34,361 bases of DNA from Rhizobiaceae bacterium (GTDB lineage Bacteria > Pseudomonadota > Alphaproteobacteria > Rhizobiales > Rhizobiaceae), in the NCBI GenBank assembly GCA_021648425.1, contig JAKISV010000001.1, forward strand, positions 1 to 34,361, written 5' to 3'. Shown here piece after piece: positions 1-7,758 of this stretch (its first letter is position 1; every line of letters begins with the position of its first letter). A program made the position numbers and the translations under genes. A model generated the notes under the pieces. It made no database searches. It saw nothing but the letters and a program-made list of their open reading frames with translations, and had not been told where the DNA came from.

Positions 1-987
1 ATCACGGTGTGCCGCCGTCGGCAGGGTGCCAAATGTGCCCCCAAATTCATTGGTAAAAACAAAACCATCGCTCTCGTCCGCATCCAAAATACCGTCATTG
101 TCATCGTCAAGGTCATCTGCGTCATGGATTCCATCACCGTCAGTGTCCCCATCGGCGAGAATTCCAGAGAAAGCTGTCGCTGCAATTGCAGTTGTTTCAA
201 TGGAACCGCTCTGCACTTCAAGGTCCCAGTCACCGCCCAAATCGGCAGCACCAGTCAGATCATTGGAAGCAGCCACATCGGCTCCGGTGGCCTCAGCCAG
301 AGCATCAACGGCATTGACGCCGCGAGTACCGGCGGCAAAATCACAGCCATAGATCAGGATATCGGCATCTTCGCTAAGCGAATCTTTGATCACCGCCATT
401 TCATCGGCATATTTGTCGGCCATGGAAATTTCAGTAAGTTTGGTTGTACCAAGATCAAGCGTGCCTGAACGCCCGTGCGAAATAATGTGTATGGCATCGA
501 TATTTTGGCGGTCTGCCAATACACTTGCGATTTGCTCAACACCATTAGTGTTTGCATCGATTATTACAACTTCAACATTGGGACCCAGACTATCAAGAAT
601 GGCCTGCATGTCTTCAACCGAGGCATCAACAAAGGCTATTTCCTGCAAGCCGTTAGTAGAGGGATCAATCCCACCGGCGAGTAGTTCTGTTTCAGTTGAA
701 ACCGGCGCAACGGGTGCTGCGCCGTTCGTGGCACCTTCACTATCGATTTGAGATTGCTGCCAGTTCTGCGCATCAATTGCGGCCTGGTTATCGACAGCCT
801 CAGCACCGGTTGCCAATGCAGCAGCGTCCAGCAATATTCTGGGCTCCAGTGCACGTATCGTGCCCAGGCCTGAGGGCGTTCCCAGTCTGCATAGCGCTGA
901 ACTGCCGAACTGGAGTTTTCCAGTTATGTTTTTGTAGTCTTCGTCGCGAGAAGCCGCGCCGGCCCTGTTACTAATTTTACTAACCAT
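1..987 (-). CDS. N-terminal 329 codons of a large repetitive secreted/surface protein: DUF4347 domain followed by Asp-rich calcium-binding (thrombospondin type 3-like) repeats. The 3' end runs off the window
   Basis: Absent from the ORF track because it has no stop in the window. The reverse frame ending exactly at base 1 is open for 329 codons from ATG 987-985, with GAGG 5 nt upstream. Hand translation: MVSKISNRAG..ALEPRILLDAAALATGAEAV..EIAFVDASVEDMQAILDSLGPNVEVVIIDANTNGVEQIASVLADRQNIDAIHIISHGRSGTLDLG..ILIYGCDFAAG..LGGDWDLEVQSGSIE, then DGDTDGDGIHDADDLDDDNDGILDADESDG. The LEPRxxxDAA leader and the HIxSHG and GGxWxLE blocks match my recollection of DUF4347. Confidence 0.8.
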   Translation of the reverse strand, partial: MVSKISNRAGAASRDEDYKNITGKLQFGSSALCRLGTPSGLGTIRALEPRILLDAAALATGAEAVDNQAAIDAQNWQQSQIDSEGATNGAAPVAPVSTETELLAGGIDPSTNGLQEIAFVDASVEDMQAILDSLGPNVEVVIIDANTNGVEQIASVLADRQNIDAIHIISHGRSGTLDLGTTKLTEISMADKYADEMAVIKDSLSEDADILIYGCDFAAGTRGVNAVDALAEATGADVAASNDLTGAADLGGDWDLEVQSGSIETTAIAATAFSGILADGDTDGDGIHDADDLDDDNDGILDADESDGFVFTNEFGGTFGTLPTAAHRD

Positions 988-1139
988 AGATGCCTCAATT
1001 GATGTGATTCTGCAAAATCACGCCGTGTTGCATCCGCCCTTACACAAACAGTTACAGGTTGCGTATTAATGAATTGTTACTACTTTAGGTTGTTTTTATT
1101 AGCAAGAGGTTATTAGCAGTTTTTTTTAATTGATCCAGA

Positions 1140-1580
1140 TCAGTTTCTTGGGGGTATAGAGTAAGTTGCTGTTGCCTGAGCAACCAGTTGGTTATTTTCA
1201 ACGCTATTAATGTGAACTTCGCAAACGGCCAGGCGTTTTCCAAGTTTTATAAGGCGACATTCCGCTACCAGATTGGCAAGGGGCGGTTTTGCCAGGAAAT
1301 TAATGTTCAGGCTGGTGGTAACAGCCAGAGCCACTTTGCCGATATGGGCAAGAATCACCAGATAGGCGGAAACATCGGCCAGGGCAAACATTGTAGGCCC
1401 CGATATAGTGCCGCCCGGGCGCAGGTGTTTCTCGTCAATATTCATTACTACGGTGATAGAGCCGTTAGATATTTTCCTGATACTCCATTGGAGCGATTTT
1501 GCCTGTGGAAAAACCTCTTTTACAAAGTCGGTTAGTTCTGCGGTATTGAGTTCAGGGGTAAATTTTGACGGTTCAGCCAT
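1140..1580 (-). CDS. PaaI-family hotdog-fold acyl-CoA thioesterase
   Basis: 146 aa. The blocks HLRPGGTISGPTMFALADVSAY and KLGKRLAVCEVHI are typical of PaaI/4HBT-type thioesterases. Last gene of the minus-strand operon, 8 nt after the preceding stop. Confidence 0.75.
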   Translation of the reverse strand: MAEPSKFTPELNTAELTDFVKEVFPQAKSLQWSIRKISNGSITVVMNIDEKHLRPGGTISGPTMFALADVSAYLVILAHIGKVALAVTTSLNINFLAKPPLANLVAECRLIKLGKRLAVCEVHINSVENNQLVAQATATYSIPPRN

Positions 1581-1588
1581 CGCAGCAC

Positions 1589-2830
1589 CTATTTGGTATA
1601 ATCGCGTTGATCATCGATAATTTTGCCGTCATTGGGCAGGGTATAAACCTGTTCAACTTCGCCTTTTAAACTGCAAATATCTGACAGTTTTCGGGCAACC
1701 GCTTCCAGATCAATATTACCCGCAACAGCTATGACCTGCAAAGTCATAATATCGGCATCTTCATTTCTGCTTACTACCAGGCGCGCACTACTCACATCAA
1801 CGCAGGATTTTACAACTTCATCAATTTGTTTGGGATCAACAAACATGCCCTTGATTTTGGTACGCTGGTCGGCGCGGCCCATCCAGCCTTTGATGCGCAT
1901 GTTGGTGCGTCCGCAGGGTGAAGGCTCGTCCAGAATTGCAGATAAATCGCCAGTACCAAACCGTACAAGCGGATAGGCCGGATTAAAATTTGTAACTACC
2001 AGTTCACCAACCTCACCGGCGGGCACCGGGTCATTGGTGCCGGGGCGCACAATTTCAACAATCAGGTTTTCGTTGCAAACCATGCCCGGTAACGCAGCAT
2101 CTTCAAGGGTGGATTCATAGGCGATAACACCAAAATCTGCGGTCGCGTAGGCTTGTATGACATTTACTCCGCGCCCGGAATATTCTTCACGCATTGAAGG
2201 AAACAGTGCACCACCTGAGACAACACCGCGTTTGATCGAAGACAGGTCCCTGCCCATCTCATCCGCTTTATCGAGGATGGTTTTGAGATAGTCGGGGGTG
2301 CCTGCATAAGCGTCAGGTTTAATAAATGCGGCAGCTTCCACCTGCATTTGCGTATTACCAATTCCACCGGGGAAAACATTTGCACCAAGCGCTCGTGCAC
2401 CTTCATCGAGAATAAAACCACCGGGTGTCATGTGGTAGGAAAGTGCATTGTGAACCAGATCGCCCTTTCGGATGCCAGCGGCAAAAAACGAACGTGCGGC
2501 CAGCCAGGGGTCTATGCCGGGCGGCTGGGGTTCCCAGACGGGACCTGGAGACATAAATATTCGTATCCCTTCCAACATGTCCGGGTTTGCAAAACCACCA
2601 AATGGTGGCGAACTTTGCTGAGCGGCCATCAGTTCACATTTACGAAGAACAGGAATTTGCGCCAATAAATCGCGTGAAGTGATGGCGGTGCAATCAATCT
2701 CAGCCAGACGTGATGTCCAACCGGGAACGGAGGATTTTGCTACAGCCAGAAAATCCGGCAGGCGGGAAAACAAATCATTTTCACGTTCTTCAACGCTGCG
2801 GATTTCCAGTTCATCAAAGTGCTCACTCAT
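1589..2830 (-). CDS. Phenylacetate-CoA ligase (PaaK)-like adenylate-forming enzyme homologue with a degenerate P-loop
   Basis: 413 aa, collinear with E. coli PaaK as I recall it (GDLVHNALSYHMTPGG.., AYAGTPDYL, GELVVTNFN..PLVRFGTGDL, GRADQRTKIKGMFVDP). No SGTTG-type loop is present. AAGGA lies 6 nt upstream of the ATG. Confidence 0.75.
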   Translation of the reverse strand: MSEHFDELEIRSVEERENDLFSRLPDFLAVAKSSVPGWTSRLAEIDCTAITSRDLLAQIPVLRKCELMAAQQSSPPFGGFANPDMLEGIRIFMSPGPVWEPQPPGIDPWLAARSFFAAGIRKGDLVHNALSYHMTPGGFILDEGARALGANVFPGGIGNTQMQVEAAAFIKPDAYAGTPDYLKTILDKADEMGRDLSSIKRGVVSGGALFPSMREEYSGRGVNVIQAYATADFGVIAYESTLEDAALPGMVCNENLIVEIVRPGTNDPVPAGEVGELVVTNFNPAYPLVRFGTGDLSAILDEPSPCGRTNMRIKGWMGRADQRTKIKGMFVDPKQIDEVVKSCVDVSSARLVVSRNEDADIMTLQVIAVAGNIDLEAVARKLSDICSLKGEVEQVYTLPNDGKIIDDQRDYTK

Positions 2831-2837
2831 GAAAATT

Positions 2838-2867
2838 CCTTTGTTTCAGGACCCTTTGTTTCAGGAC
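2838..2867. repeat. Perfect 15-bp tandem duplication (CCTTTGTTTCAGGAC x2) in the 45-nt spacer upstream of the PaaK-like gene
   Basis: Read directly: 2838-2852 is identical to 2853-2867. On the coding (minus) strand each unit is GTCCTGAAACAAAGG and carries an AAAGG Shine-Dalgarno-like core. Confidence 0.95.
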
Positions 2868-2875
2868 AATGTCCA

Positions 2876-3325
2876 TTAATACTCACTTCGCACACCAAGA
2901 TATCCCTCAATTGCATGTACGATTATATCAACATCGCTTTCCAGGGTATCAAGGTCAATGGGAAGACGCTCAGAAACTCCATTCACTGGCCATAGGTGGA
3001 TGATTAATTCAAATTCACTTTCGCGTTGGTGCAGGGTTATTTCTTTAATGCGCTCCCACTGCACTACGCCAACACCCCAGCGCGCGTCATCAATGCCTGT
3101 TGGCAAAATAGCCAATACGACTTCATCGCGAAAATAAAGCAGTGCCATTCTTGCCGAGAAAAACGCAAGAAAAATAAGACCGGCAGCAGCAGTAAATTCA
3201 AATGCCCTGGGATTTCCGATACGGGTTAGAATCATCCATGTGAGACCGGTGACCATGGCGGTCAGCGCAAGTGCAACGATGAATGCATTCCAGAATTTTC
3301 TGCGCGAATAGCGAAAACGGTTCAT
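2876..3325 (-). CDS. Hypothetical small membrane protein: two predicted TM helices plus a roughly 85-aa soluble C-terminal domain
   Basis: 149 aa. Hydrophobic stretches FWNAFIVALALTAMVTGLTWMIL and AAAGLIFLAFFSARMALLYF, with a basic N-terminus (MNRFRYSRRK). In the same orientation and tightly packed inside the operon. No family recognised. Confidence 0.55.
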   Translation of the reverse strand: MNRFRYSRRKFWNAFIVALALTAMVTGLTWMILTRIGNPRAFEFTAAAGLIFLAFFSARMALLYFRDEVVLAILPTGIDDARWGVGVVQWERIKEITLHQRESEFELIIHLWPVNGVSERLPIDLDTLESDVDIIVHAIEGYLGVRSEY

Positions 3326-3343
3326 GCGACCGTACTTTCTTCA

Positions 3344-4180
3344 TCAGGCCAGCCAGCGCTTGCGCCGTTTATAGTGTTTTACATCGCGGAAAGATTTACG
3401 ACCCTCGCCGCCGACACCCAGATAGAACTCTTTGACGTCTTCGTTCTCGCGCAGTTCTTTTGCTTCACCATCCATTACCACGCGGCCAGATTCCAGAATA
3501 TAACCATAAGTGGCATACCTCAGCGCGACATTGGTATTTTGTTCAGCGAGGAGAAATGTGACGCCCTCTTTTTTGTTCAGGGCGTTGACGATTTCAAAAA
3601 TTTCATCAACCAGTTGCGGGGCAAGGCCCATGGAAGGTTCGTCGAGTAAAATCATTTTTGGTCGAGACATCAATGCGCGGCCAACGGCACACATCTGTTG
3701 TTCGCCGCCGGAAGTATAACCGGCCAGGGCTTTTCTTCGTTCGCGCAAACGTGGGAAATAGTTATATACCAATTCCAGATCGCGCTTGATGGCTGCGCCA
3801 CCGTCCTTTCTGGTATAGGCACCGGTAAGAAGGTTTTCCTCAATCGACAGATGCTCAAATACGTGACGACCTTCCATCACCTGAATGCAGCCGCGGCGCA
3901 CCAGTTCGTTGGGCGTCAGGTTTTGAATTTCATTACCTTCAAACAGGATATTGCCTTTGGTAACATCGCCGCGTTCGCCTTGCAGTAAATTTGAAATCGC
4001 ACGAAGCGTAGTAGTTTTGCCAGCACCATTTGCGCCAAGGATAGCGACAATACCGCCTTCAGGTACAGTGAGTGATACGCCTTTTAAAACAAGAATAACG
4101 TGGCTGTAGATCACTTCAATATTATTGACCTGCAGGATGTCCGGGGCAGCTTGTGGGTTGGTATTTTCAGCGGCACTCAT
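3344..4180 (-). CDS. LivF-like ABC transporter ATP-binding protein with a basic C-terminal tail
   Basis: Walker A GANGAGKTT, signature SGGEQQM, Walker B ILLDEPSMGLAP. I prefer the ATG at 4180 (MSAAENT..) over the track start at 4213, which would overlap the GC-rich hairpin at 4212-4240. The C-terminus ends ..RDVKHYKRRKRWLA. Confidence 0.85.
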   Translation of the reverse strand: MSAAENTNPQAAPDILQVNNIEVIYSHVILVLKGVSLTVPEGGIVAILGANGAGKTTTLRAISNLLQGERGDVTKGNILFEGNEIQNLTPNELVRRGCIQVMEGRHVFEHLSIEENLLTGAYTRKDGGAAIKRDLELVYNYFPRLRERRKALAGYTSGGEQQMCAVGRALMSRPKMILLDEPSMGLAPQLVDEIFEIVNALNKKEGVTFLLAEQNTNVALRYATYGYILESGRVVMDGEAKELRENEDVKEFYLGVGGEGRKSFRDVKHYKRRKRWLA

Positions 4181-4211
4181 AATGTGTTTCCGGGATAGTT
4201 GTTGAATGGGC

Positions 4212-4240
4212 AACCGGCCCCGCAGATTGCAGGGCCGGTT
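4212..4240 (-). promoter_or_regulatory. Intercistronic GC-rich stem-loop 17 nt downstream of the SBP gene stop
   Basis: AACCGGCCC (4212-4220) pairs perfectly with GGGCCGGTT (4232-4240), and an inner GCA/TGC extends the stem. No U-run follows on the transcribed strand, so it is more likely an mRNA stabiliser or attenuator than a full terminator. Confidence 0.55.
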
Positions 4241-4257
4241 AATTTTATTGGTTCAGC

Positions 4258-5562
4258 TTATGAACAGGGCTTGACCTGCCATTCTGGTTTGTCAGCAATA
4301 TATTTTGCTGCCGCTGCTTCAAGAAGCGGGCGAACCAGAGCTGTATCGGGTGCAATCAAATCTGAGGTTTTTACCCAGTTTTCGCCATCCCATTGTTGCA
4401 GGAAGATTGAACCACCACCAGCATGGTCCAGACAAGAACCTTTGATTGGTGCGGTAAAACCGGCCAGGCCGATTTCTTCCAACCGGGCTGCTGATAAATC
4501 AAGCTGCTCCAAACCATCACGCATATCAGAGCCGGTGATCGCAGCTTTGCCTGATATCTCCTGCGCTTTGCGTATAGCCTCTGCTACAACAACGGCATTG
4601 AACAGGCCGCGATTGTAGAGAACATCGCCAACTTTTTCTTTGTCGTCGATTTTGCTTTTACCTGCATCAACAACAAGCTTGATAACATCCTGCAAGGCGG
4701 GGAAGTCTGTTCCCGCAGCAGCCATATTGGCAGAACGATAACCTTTACCGGCCATGCCTACAGCGTCAAGATCAGCATTGGCACCAGCCCACCAGTTGCC
4801 GATGAACTTATCCAACGGAAAGCGGATTTTTGCTGCTTCTTTGACTGCAGTGGAGTTCATTGCACCCCAGCCCCACATAATCATCCAGTCAGGCTTTTCT
4901 TTGCGCACGTTCAGCCATTGAGATGCCTGGTTTTGCATGTCTTTGCCGGCAACCGGGAATTCCACAACGGAGAAGCCCATGGATTCAGCAAGCTGATTCA
5001 ACAAAGGAATTGGCTCTTTGCCGTAACCGGAAACAAGATAGATATAACCAATCTTCTTGCCCTTGATGCCACCGTCCTGGCTGTCGATGAACTTCAGGAT
5101 TGAAGACATCTGGCTCCAGTAGGTTGCGGGATAGTTGAAGGTCCAGGGGAAGGTTTCGCCAACAGCTGTCGCTGATAGGCCATAACCCATGGACAGAACC
5201 GGAATTTTGTCGACCGGTGCTTTGGGGATCAACTGCAATGTGATGCCGGTTGAATAAGGGTTATAGACCAGCGCGCCTTTGCCTTTGGTCGCTTCATAAC
5301 ACTCAACGCCTTTTTGGGCGTTGTAGCCGGTTTCGCATTCTTCAACGACGACTTTCAAACCGCCAATACCGCCATCACGCTCATTGAGCATGGTCATGTA
5401 GTCGGCAAAACCATTGGCAATTGGAATGCCACCACCGGCAAACGGGCCGGTACGATAGCTAAGTGAGGGAACGTAGAGCGTTTCCTGCGCTTTAAGGGCG
5501 GTTACCTGTACGCCACTCAACATTGCGAGTGCGGCGGCACCGAATATGATTTTCTTGAACAT
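4258..5562 (-). CDS. LIV-family (type I PBP) ABC substrate-binding protein, secreted
   Basis: 434 aa with signal peptide MFKKIIFGAAALAMLSGVQVTALKA. Very strong SD (GGGAGGA 6 nt upstream of the ATG). Sits in a LivHMGF-type operon. Ligand unknown. Confidence 0.85.
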   Translation of the reverse strand: MFKKIIFGAAALAMLSGVQVTALKAQETLYVPSLSYRTGPFAGGGIPIANGFADYMTMLNERDGGIGGLKVVVEECETGYNAQKGVECYEATKGKGALVYNPYSTGITLQLIPKAPVDKIPVLSMGYGLSATAVGETFPWTFNYPATYWSQMSSILKFIDSQDGGIKGKKIGYIYLVSGYGKEPIPLLNQLAESMGFSVVEFPVAGKDMQNQASQWLNVRKEKPDWMIMWGWGAMNSTAVKEAAKIRFPLDKFIGNWWAGANADLDAVGMAGKGYRSANMAAAGTDFPALQDVIKLVVDAGKSKIDDKEKVGDVLYNRGLFNAVVVAEAIRKAQEISGKAAITGSDMRDGLEQLDLSAARLEEIGLAGFTAPIKGSCLDHAGGGSIFLQQWDGENWVKTSDLIAPDTALVRPLLEAAAAKYIADKPEWQVKPCS

Positions 5563-5718
5563 TTAAGTTCCTCCCAAGACTCTGCGGAACTGCGTTAGTG
5601 CGGACCGCTTCACCATTTGAAACCTGAAACAATTTAACCGCATGGACCGGGTTTCGCGGCCTTTGAGGTTGTGGTTCACCTCGCCATCTAGCTGGCAGAG
5701 GATTGTGGTGCGGGTATC

Positions 5719-6795
5719 CTAGTATGGAAAAGGCCACACACGCAATTTTTGTTTTGCCAGCGCCCATAACCGTGCCAGGCCATGAGGTTCGACGATGAGA
5801 AAGAAAATGATCAATGCGCCGATGATCATAAAATTCAGATGCTCAACGGTGGCGGCATTGACGTCTATGCCGATAAAGTTTGGTACTGCGCGCAAGATTA
5901 CCGGCAACACCCAGATGAATGCGGCACCCATGAATGAGCCGATGAGAGAACCAAGCCCGCCGATTACCACCATGAACAATATCAGGAATGAATGGTTCAC
6001 ATCGAAGCTCTCAACTTCCGCTGCTCCCAGCCAGAAGAACACCATCATTGCTCCCGCCACGCCGCAATAAAACGATGAGACTGCAAAGGCGGATAATTTA
6101 GCATAGAGCGGGCGCACGCCCATCAGTTCGGCTGCAATATCCATGTCGCGGATCATCATCCAGGCGCGCCCGATGCGGCCATGGATAATGTTGGAAGCAA
6201 CCCAGGTCATCGCGACAACAATCGCCAGCACAATCAGATAACGCACTGAGGGCGTGGCGGATGCGCCGGTGACAATGATGCCGAAAGTTTCGCGCTGCGG
6301 CACTTCGATGGCACCGGAATCGTTGTAGTTGTAGAGCCATGGAATACGGATAAAGGCCCATTCAAGGAAAAATTGTGCGGCGAGCGTGGTCACTACCAGA
6401 TAAAATCCTTTTATGCGTAGAGATGGCAAACCGAATAATACGCCCACAGCAGCGGCAAAAAACCCGGATGCAATAATCAGGATAATTATATTTATGTCTG
6501 GAAATATGGTGGCCAGCTTATAGCAGGAATAAGCTCCCACCCCCATGAACGCGCCGGTTCCAAGCGATATCTGGCCGGTATAACCCACCAGTATATTCAA
6601 CCCGATGGCTGCCAGAGAAAAAACCAGGAAAGGTATCATAATTGAGGTGATAAAAAAATCACTGCCGAATATCGGCACGGCAATGAAGGCAACAGCCAAA
6701 TAAAACGCAATTGCCATTCGATCCTGCAATATGGGGAATATCGCCTGATCGGCCTTATAGGTGGATTTGAACTGCCCTGCTTCACGGTAAAACAT
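5719..6795 (-). CDS. LivM-like ABC permease
   Basis: 358 aa polytopic membrane protein. N-terminus MFYREAGQFKSTYKADQAIFPI and GQISLGTGAFMGVGAY are typical of LivM-type permeases. Confidence 0.85.
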   Translation of the reverse strand: MFYREAGQFKSTYKADQAIFPILQDRMAIAFYLAVAFIAVPIFGSDFFITSIMIPFLVFSLAAIGLNILVGYTGQISLGTGAFMGVGAYSCYKLATIFPDINIIILIIASGFFAAAVGVLFGLPSLRIKGFYLVVTTLAAQFFLEWAFIRIPWLYNYNDSGAIEVPQRETFGIIVTGASATPSVRYLIVLAIVVAMTWVASNIIHGRIGRAWMMIRDMDIAAELMGVRPLYAKLSAFAVSSFYCGVAGAMMVFFWLGAAEVESFDVNHSFLILFMVVIGGLGSLIGSFMGAAFIWVLPVILRAVPNFIGIDVNAATVEHLNFMIIGALIIFFLIVEPHGLARLWALAKQKLRVWPFPY

Positions 6796-6801
6796 TGTCT
6801 G

Positions 6802-7758
6802 TTACACCCTCTCAATAATTTTTTCGCCGAACAGGCCCTGAGGTCGAAACATCAGGAAGATAAGAGCGATGACATAGGCGAACCAGGCTTCAACGCCACC
6901 GCCGAGCAGGCCGCCCCAATAAACTTCAAACAGTTTTTCACCAAAGCCGATGATCAGACCGCCAATGATAGCGCCGGGAACGGAAGTGAAACCACCCAGG
7001 ATAAGCACCGGCAGCGCTTTGAGCGCGACAATCTGCAGGGCAAATGAGACATCCGAACGTGCTCCCCACATGATGCCGGTTGCCAATGCCACAATGCCTG
7101 CGGCAAACCAGACAATTGCCCAAATCTGATTTAGTGAAATTCCTACAGACAAAGCTGCCTGGTGATCATCAGCAACGGCACGAAGTGCCCTGCCAATGCG
7201 GGTTTTGGAGAAAAACAAGGCCAGGCAGATTACAAGGATTGCTGCAATTATCGCGGCTGCAATATCGAGGTGTTGCAATATGACAAAGCCGCCAAATATA
7301 TCGATGGTCGTGGAACCGGTGGGCAGGCCCAATTCTTCTGTAATCATCGATTTTGGTTCGCCGCCAAAAATGAATTCGCCAAGGCCGATGAGGAAATAGG
7401 ACAGGCCTATCGTTGCCATGAACAAGATGAGTTCGGGCTGATTTACCAATGGCCGCATAACAAAGCGCTCAACGCTCCACGCCAGAACCGCCATTACCAC
7501 AAGAGCAAGAAACAAAGAGACATAAGCTGGCAGGCCTGCTGCGTAAAACCCCACCAGTGTAAGGGCAGAAAACACCACCATAATACCCTGGGCAAAGTTG
7601 AAAACACCCGATGCCTTGAAAATCAGCACAAAACCCAGGGCAATCAGCGCATAAAGCGTTCCGGCAACAAAACCCTCCCACAATACCTGCAGGAGAAAAT
7701 CGGGAGTTGCACCCATCTCAACAAAGGGTGCAATAAAGATATTGTATAACAATTCCAT
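6802..7758 (-). CDS. LivH-like ABC permease
   Basis: 318 aa polytopic. Contains GTLYALIALGFVLIF..GVFNFAQG. Its ATG overlaps the upstream stop (ATGA at 7756-7760). Confidence 0.85.
   Translation of the reverse strand: MELLYNIFIAPFVEMGATPDFLLQVLWEGFVAGTLYALIALGFVLIFKASGVFNFAQGIMVVFSALTLVGFYAAGLPAYVSLFLALVVMAVLAWSVERFVMRPLVNQPELILFMATIGLSYFLIGLGEFIFGGEPKSMITEELGLPTGSTTIDIFGGFVILQHLDIAAAIIAAILVICLALFFSKTRIGRALRAVADDHQAALSVGISLNQIWAIVWFAAGIVALATGIMWGARSDVSFALQIVALKALPVLILGGFTSVPGAIIGGLIIGFGEKLFEVYWGGLLGGGVEAWFAYVIALIFLMFRPQGLFGEKIIERV

Noticed and set aside
7-751. Plus-strand ORFs 7-468, 26-352 and 386-751 from the track
   Set aside because: Their translations are low-complexity or Cys/Ser/Pro-rich with no recognisable motifs. 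The opposite strand encodes a continuous, motif-rich DUF4347/Ca-binding repeat protein across the same bases, so these are antisense shadow ORFs.
1003-1022. CRP-like TGTGA...TCACG upstream of the DUF4347 gene
   Set aside because: The half-sites are separated by 10 nt rather than 6, so it is not a CRP-type site. It is kept only as a generic 6-bp inverted repeat (GTGATT-N6-AATCAC).
7162-7749. 195-aa plus-strand ORF antisense to the LivH-like permease
   Set aside because: Its composition (Lys/Gln/Cys/His-rich) is unlike real proteins in this window, and the opposite strand is a clear permease.
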